Positions 59,935 through 64,000 of a stretch of DNA of 64,000 bases are shown in pieces. Both the position numbers and the translations under genes were made by a program. Under the pieces are notes generated by a model that saw nothing but the letters and a program-made list of their open reading frames with translations, made no database searches and was not told the DNA's origin. The stretch's first letter is position 1. Each line of letters opens with the position of its first letter. This DNA comes from Callorhinchus milii. Lineage: Eukaryota. The stretch is taken from contig NW_024704742.1 in NCBI RefSeq assembly GCF_018977255.1, positions 57,290,001-57,354,000 of the forward strand. The letters are read 5' to 3'.

Positions 59935-60180
59935 TGTCAATCTCTCTCTCTCCCTCCCTCTCTCTGTTTCTCTCCATTCTCCCTCATTCTCTCTCTCAAT
60001 CACACTCTCACATACTCTCTCGCACACAATCTTTCTCTTAAATTACTTTCTCTCCCCCTCTCTCTCTTTCTCAATCGCTTATCTCTCTCTCCCCTCTCCC
60101 CGACTCTCTCTCTCTCACTCAATCACTCTCTCTCTCCGTCTTTCCCTCCAATCACTCGTTCTCTCTCCCTCTCTCAATCA
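59935..60180. repeat. CT-rich low-complexity tract
   Basis: Degenerate (CT)n with recurring TCAATC. Confidence 0.85.
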
Positions 60181-61317
60181 GCCGCTATCTGGCAACAGGA
60201 ACGCCACTCTCCCGGCTACATGGGGTGGCTCAGTATCTGGCAGCAGCAGGCGCGGGAGGTTGGGAGGATGGGATGGGTAAGGAGACCCGCTTGCCTACCC
60301 TCAGTTCGAGAGGGGCTTCTTGACAAGACTGTGGCGCAATGAGCAGCGGGGAGTGGAAATAACGCTGCCATTACTGCATTCTGTTAGTGAGTCCCTCTGG
60401 AGAAGAGGGAAAAGCAAGTGGGCCTCCTTATCAACCACGTCTTCCCAAACGCCAGCTCCTGCCACTGTCACAAGACGATGGTTCGTCAGGCAGGGCGTGG
60501 GATAAAATCATCCCCTGGGCTGGAAGCGGCCTGCAGGTCACCAGTTGTACTAGCCTGGTTTAAGCTGACAAAACTAAACTCCAGTGTGTTACTGCAGGTG
60601 TGTTGTGTTGTTGGAGGTTCTGTCCTTTGGGTGAAATGTTAAACCAAGGAGCCGTCTGTCTGCCTCTTGAGCAGGACTTCTTTTCTCAAAAAGAGAAGGA
60701 ACTTTCTCTCTTTCGATATCCTCGCCAACAATCCCTCAAATGCAAACTAGGTCATTAATTTTGTGGCTGTTTGTAGAACAAAACAACAACTTGGATTGAT
60801 ATAGCGCCCTCCATGCCGGACGATGTCTCAGAGCACTTCTCAGAGGACATTAGCTGTGCGCAAATTGGCTGCTGTTCGTCTATAAAATACAGAGTTACGT
60901 CACTGTACTATAATATCCTGTGAAGCACTTTGCGATGTTCTCCCTGCATGAAAGACCCTATACCAAATGCAAGGATTATTATTAATAATAACATTGGAAT
61001 AAAAGTGTGTGTGGGGCGGGGGTGGGGGAGTTCAATTATATATGTTTAACTTTGTGGGATATTGTGGGAATGGACCCAACATAGTAATAATAATAATAAT
61101 CCTTATCATTTGGTTGCGAAGTCTCAAAAGCACTTCACAGAATACACTATGAAGTGAACTGAAGTGTACGTTTGTGTGGACCGAAAGGTGGCAGACAATT
61201 GTCCCACAAACACTGGAGGATGGAGCGAAAGAAATGCTCTTAGGAGGGATACAATACTGTGTCTCGTTTGGCAAAAAGGTGTGGAGCTGATCCCTAACAG
61301 GCTGCACATTCCCTGGG

Positions 61318-63968
61318 TCTCTGAGACCTGACCCAGTTGCCAGTGGAGGAGCAGTGTCTGAGCCCTGACCCAGTTGCCAGTGAAGGAGCAATCTCTGAGC
61401 CCAGCCCCAGTTGCCAGTGGAGGAGCAGTCTCTGATCCCTGACCCAGTGGCCAGTGAAGGAGCAATCTCTGAGCCCTGACACAGATCACAGTGTCGGAGT
61501 AGTGTCTGAGCCCAACCCAGTTGCCAGTGGAGAAGCAGTGTCTGAGCCCTGCCCCAGTTGCCAGTGGAGGAGCAGTGTCAGAGCCCAGAACCAGTTGCCA
61601 GTGGAGGAGCAGTGTCTGAGCCCTGACCCAGTTGCCAGTGGAGGAGCAGTTTCTGAACCCTGACCCAGTTGCCAGTGGAGGAGCAGTGTCTGAGCCCTGA
61701 CCCAGTTGCCAGTGGAGGAGCAGTGTCTGAGCCCTGCCTCAGTTTCCAGTGGAGGAGCAGTGTCTGAGCACAGACCCAGTTGCCAGTGGAGGAGCAGTGT
61801 CTGAGCCCTGACCCAGTTGCCAGTGGAGGAGCAGTGTCTGAGCCCTGACACAGTTGCCAGTGGAGGAGCAGTGTCTGAGCCCTGACCCAGTTGCCAGTGG
61901 AGGAGCAGTGTCTGAGCCCTGCCTCAGTTTCCAGTGGAGGAGCAGTGTCTGAGCACAGACCCAGTTGCCAGTGGAGCAGCAGTCTCTGAGCCCTGTCCCA
62001 GTTGACAGTGTAGGAGCAGTGTCTGAGCCCTAACCCATTTGACAGTGTAGGAGCAGTCTCTGAGCCCTGACACAGTTGCCAGTGAAGGAGCAGTCTCTGA
62101 GCCCTGACCCATTTGACAGTGTAGGAGCAGTCTCTGAGCCCTGACCCATTTGACAGTGTAGGAGCAGTCTCTGAGCCCTGACCCAGTTGCCAGTGTAGGA
62201 GCAGTCTCTGAGCCCTGACCCAGTTACCAGTGGAGGAGCAGTGTCTGAGCCCTGACCCAGTTGCCAGTGGAGGAGCAGTGTCTGAGCCCTGCCTCAGTTT
62301 CCAGTGGAGGAGCTGTGTCTGAGCCCAGACCCAGGTAGCAGTGGAACAGCAGTCTCTGAGCCCTGTCCCAGTTGACAGTGTAGGAGCAGTGTCTGAGCCC
62401 TAACCCATTTGACAGTGTAGGAGCAGTCTCTGAGCCCTGACCCAGTTGCCAATGGAGGAGCAGTGCCTGAGCCCTGACCCAGTTGCCAGTGGAGGAGCAG
62501 TCTCTGAGCCCTGACCCAGTTAACAGTGGAGGAGCAGTGTCTGAGCCCTGACCCAGTTGCCAGTGGAGGAGCAGTGTCTGAGCCCTGCCTCAGTTTCCAG
62601 TGGAGGAGCTGTGTCTGAGCCCAGACCCAGGTAGCAGTGGAACAGCAGTCTCTGAGCCCTGTCCCAGTTGACAGTGTAGGAGCAGTGTCTGAGCCCTAAC
62701 CCATTTGACAGTGTAGGAGCAGTCTCTGAGCCCTGACCCAGTTGCCAATGGAGGAGCAGTGCCTGAGCCCTGACCCAGTTGCCAGTGGAGGAGCAGTGCC
62801 TGAGCCCTGACGCAGTTGACAGTGGAGGAGCAGTGCCTGAAACCTGACCCAGTTGACAGTGGAGGAGCAGTGCCTGAAACCTGACCCAGTTGCCAGTGGC
62901 GGAACAGTGTCTGAGCACTGACGCAGTTGCCAGTGGAGGAGTAGTGTCTGAGCCCTGACCCAGTTGCCAGTGGAGGAGCAGTGTCTGAGCCCTGAACCAG
63001 TTGCCAGACGAGGAGCAGTGTCTGAGCCCTGTCCCGTTGCCAGTGATGGAGCAGTCTCTGAGCCCTGTCCCAGTTGTCAGTGGAGCAGCAATTTCTGAGC
63101 CCTGACCCAGTTGCCAGTGAAGGAGCAGTCTCTGAGCCCTGACCCAGTTACCAGTGGAGGAGCAGTGTCTGAGCCCTGACCCAGTTGCCAGTGGAGGAGC
63201 AGTGTCTGAGCCCTGCCTCAGTTTCCAGTGGAGGAGCTGTGTCTGAGCCCAGACCCAGGTAGCAGTGAAACAGCAGTCTCTGAGCCCTGTCCCAGTTGAC
63301 AGTGTAGGAGCAGTGTCTGAGCCCTAACCCATTTAACAGTGTAGGAGCAGTCTCTGAGCCCTGACCCAGTTGCCAATGGAGGAGCAGTGCCTGAGCCCTG
63401 ACCCAGTTGCCAGTGGAGGAGCAGTGCCTGAGCCCTGACGCAGTTGACAGTGGAGGAGCAGTGCCTGAAACCTGACCCAGTTGCCAGTGGCGGAACAGTG
63501 TCTGAGCACTGACGCAGTTGCCAGTGGAGGAGCAGTGCCTGAAACCTGACCCAGTTGCCAGTGGCGGAACAGTGTCTGATCACTGACGCAGTTGCCAGTG
63601 GAGGAGTAGTGTCTGAGCCCTGACCCAGTTGCCAGTGGAGGAGCAGTGTCTGAGCCCTGAACCAGTTGCCAGACGAGGAGCAGTGTCTGAGCCCTGTCCC
63701 CGTTGCCAGTGATGGAGCAGTCTCTGAGCCCTGTCCCAGTTGTCAGTGGAGCAGCAATTTCTGAGCCCTGACCCAGTTGCCAGTGGAGGAGCAGTGTCTG
63801 AGCCCTGACCCAGTTGCCAGTGGAGGAGAAGTGTTTGAGCCCTGACGCAGTTGCCAGTGGAGGAGCAGTTTCTGAGCCCTCACCCAGTTGCCAGTGGAGG
63901 AGCAGTCTCTGAGCCCTGTCCCAGTTGCCAGTGGAGCAGCAATTTCTGAACCCTGACCCATTTGCCAC
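61318..63968. repeat. 37-bp minisatellite, about 70 copies
   Basis: Unit CTGAGCCCTGACCCAGTTGCCAGTGGAGGAGCAGTGT, head to tail, no unique spacers. Confidence 0.97.
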
Positions 63969-64000
63969 TGAATAATATAATATAATAATAATAATCCTTG

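Noticed and set aside
59695..60342. 215-aa ORF
   Set aside because: Largely a CT low-complexity tract encoding Leu/Ser runs.
61318..63968. CRISPR-like array and Cys/His/Trp-rich ORFs
   Set aside because: No unique spacers, eukaryotic context, and a 37-bp unit that is not a multiple of 3; the ORFs are repeat by-products.
44600..64000. IRF2 exons expected from synteny
   Set aside because: No IRF DNA-binding-domain peptide or clear CpG-island promoter seen; probably outside the window.

Overview
Vertebrate nuclear DNA, most likely from a cartilaginous fish (possibly a holocephalan), judged from the SINE/LINE families present. It carries the syntenic block ACSL1 (last exon, +), CENPU (12 coding exons, +), PRIMPOL (12 coding exons, -) and CASP3 (6 coding exons, +). 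These are followed by ~20 kb with no recognisable coding exon, ending in a 2.65-kb 37-bp minisatellite. I traced all exons by hand; each has GT-AG ends and the phases are consistent. The most unusual feature is a 1,072-bp CENPU exon made almost entirely of a frame-preserving 36-bp tandem repeat. It encodes about 25 acidic [16 protein letters not shown] units and roughly doubles the predicted protein (812 aa vs about 418 aa in human). Other oddities: two local copies of PRIMPOL exon fragments (one fused to a SINE), an in-frame upstream ATG for PRIMPOL, likely overlapping CENPU/PRIMPOL 3' UTRs, a PRIMPOL/CASP3 bidirectional promoter with ZNF143-type motifs, an unclassified ~550-bp interspersed repeat, and nested L2 insertions. 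Gene identities come from recognising protein motifs from memory, not from a database search. Repeat boundaries are approximate.
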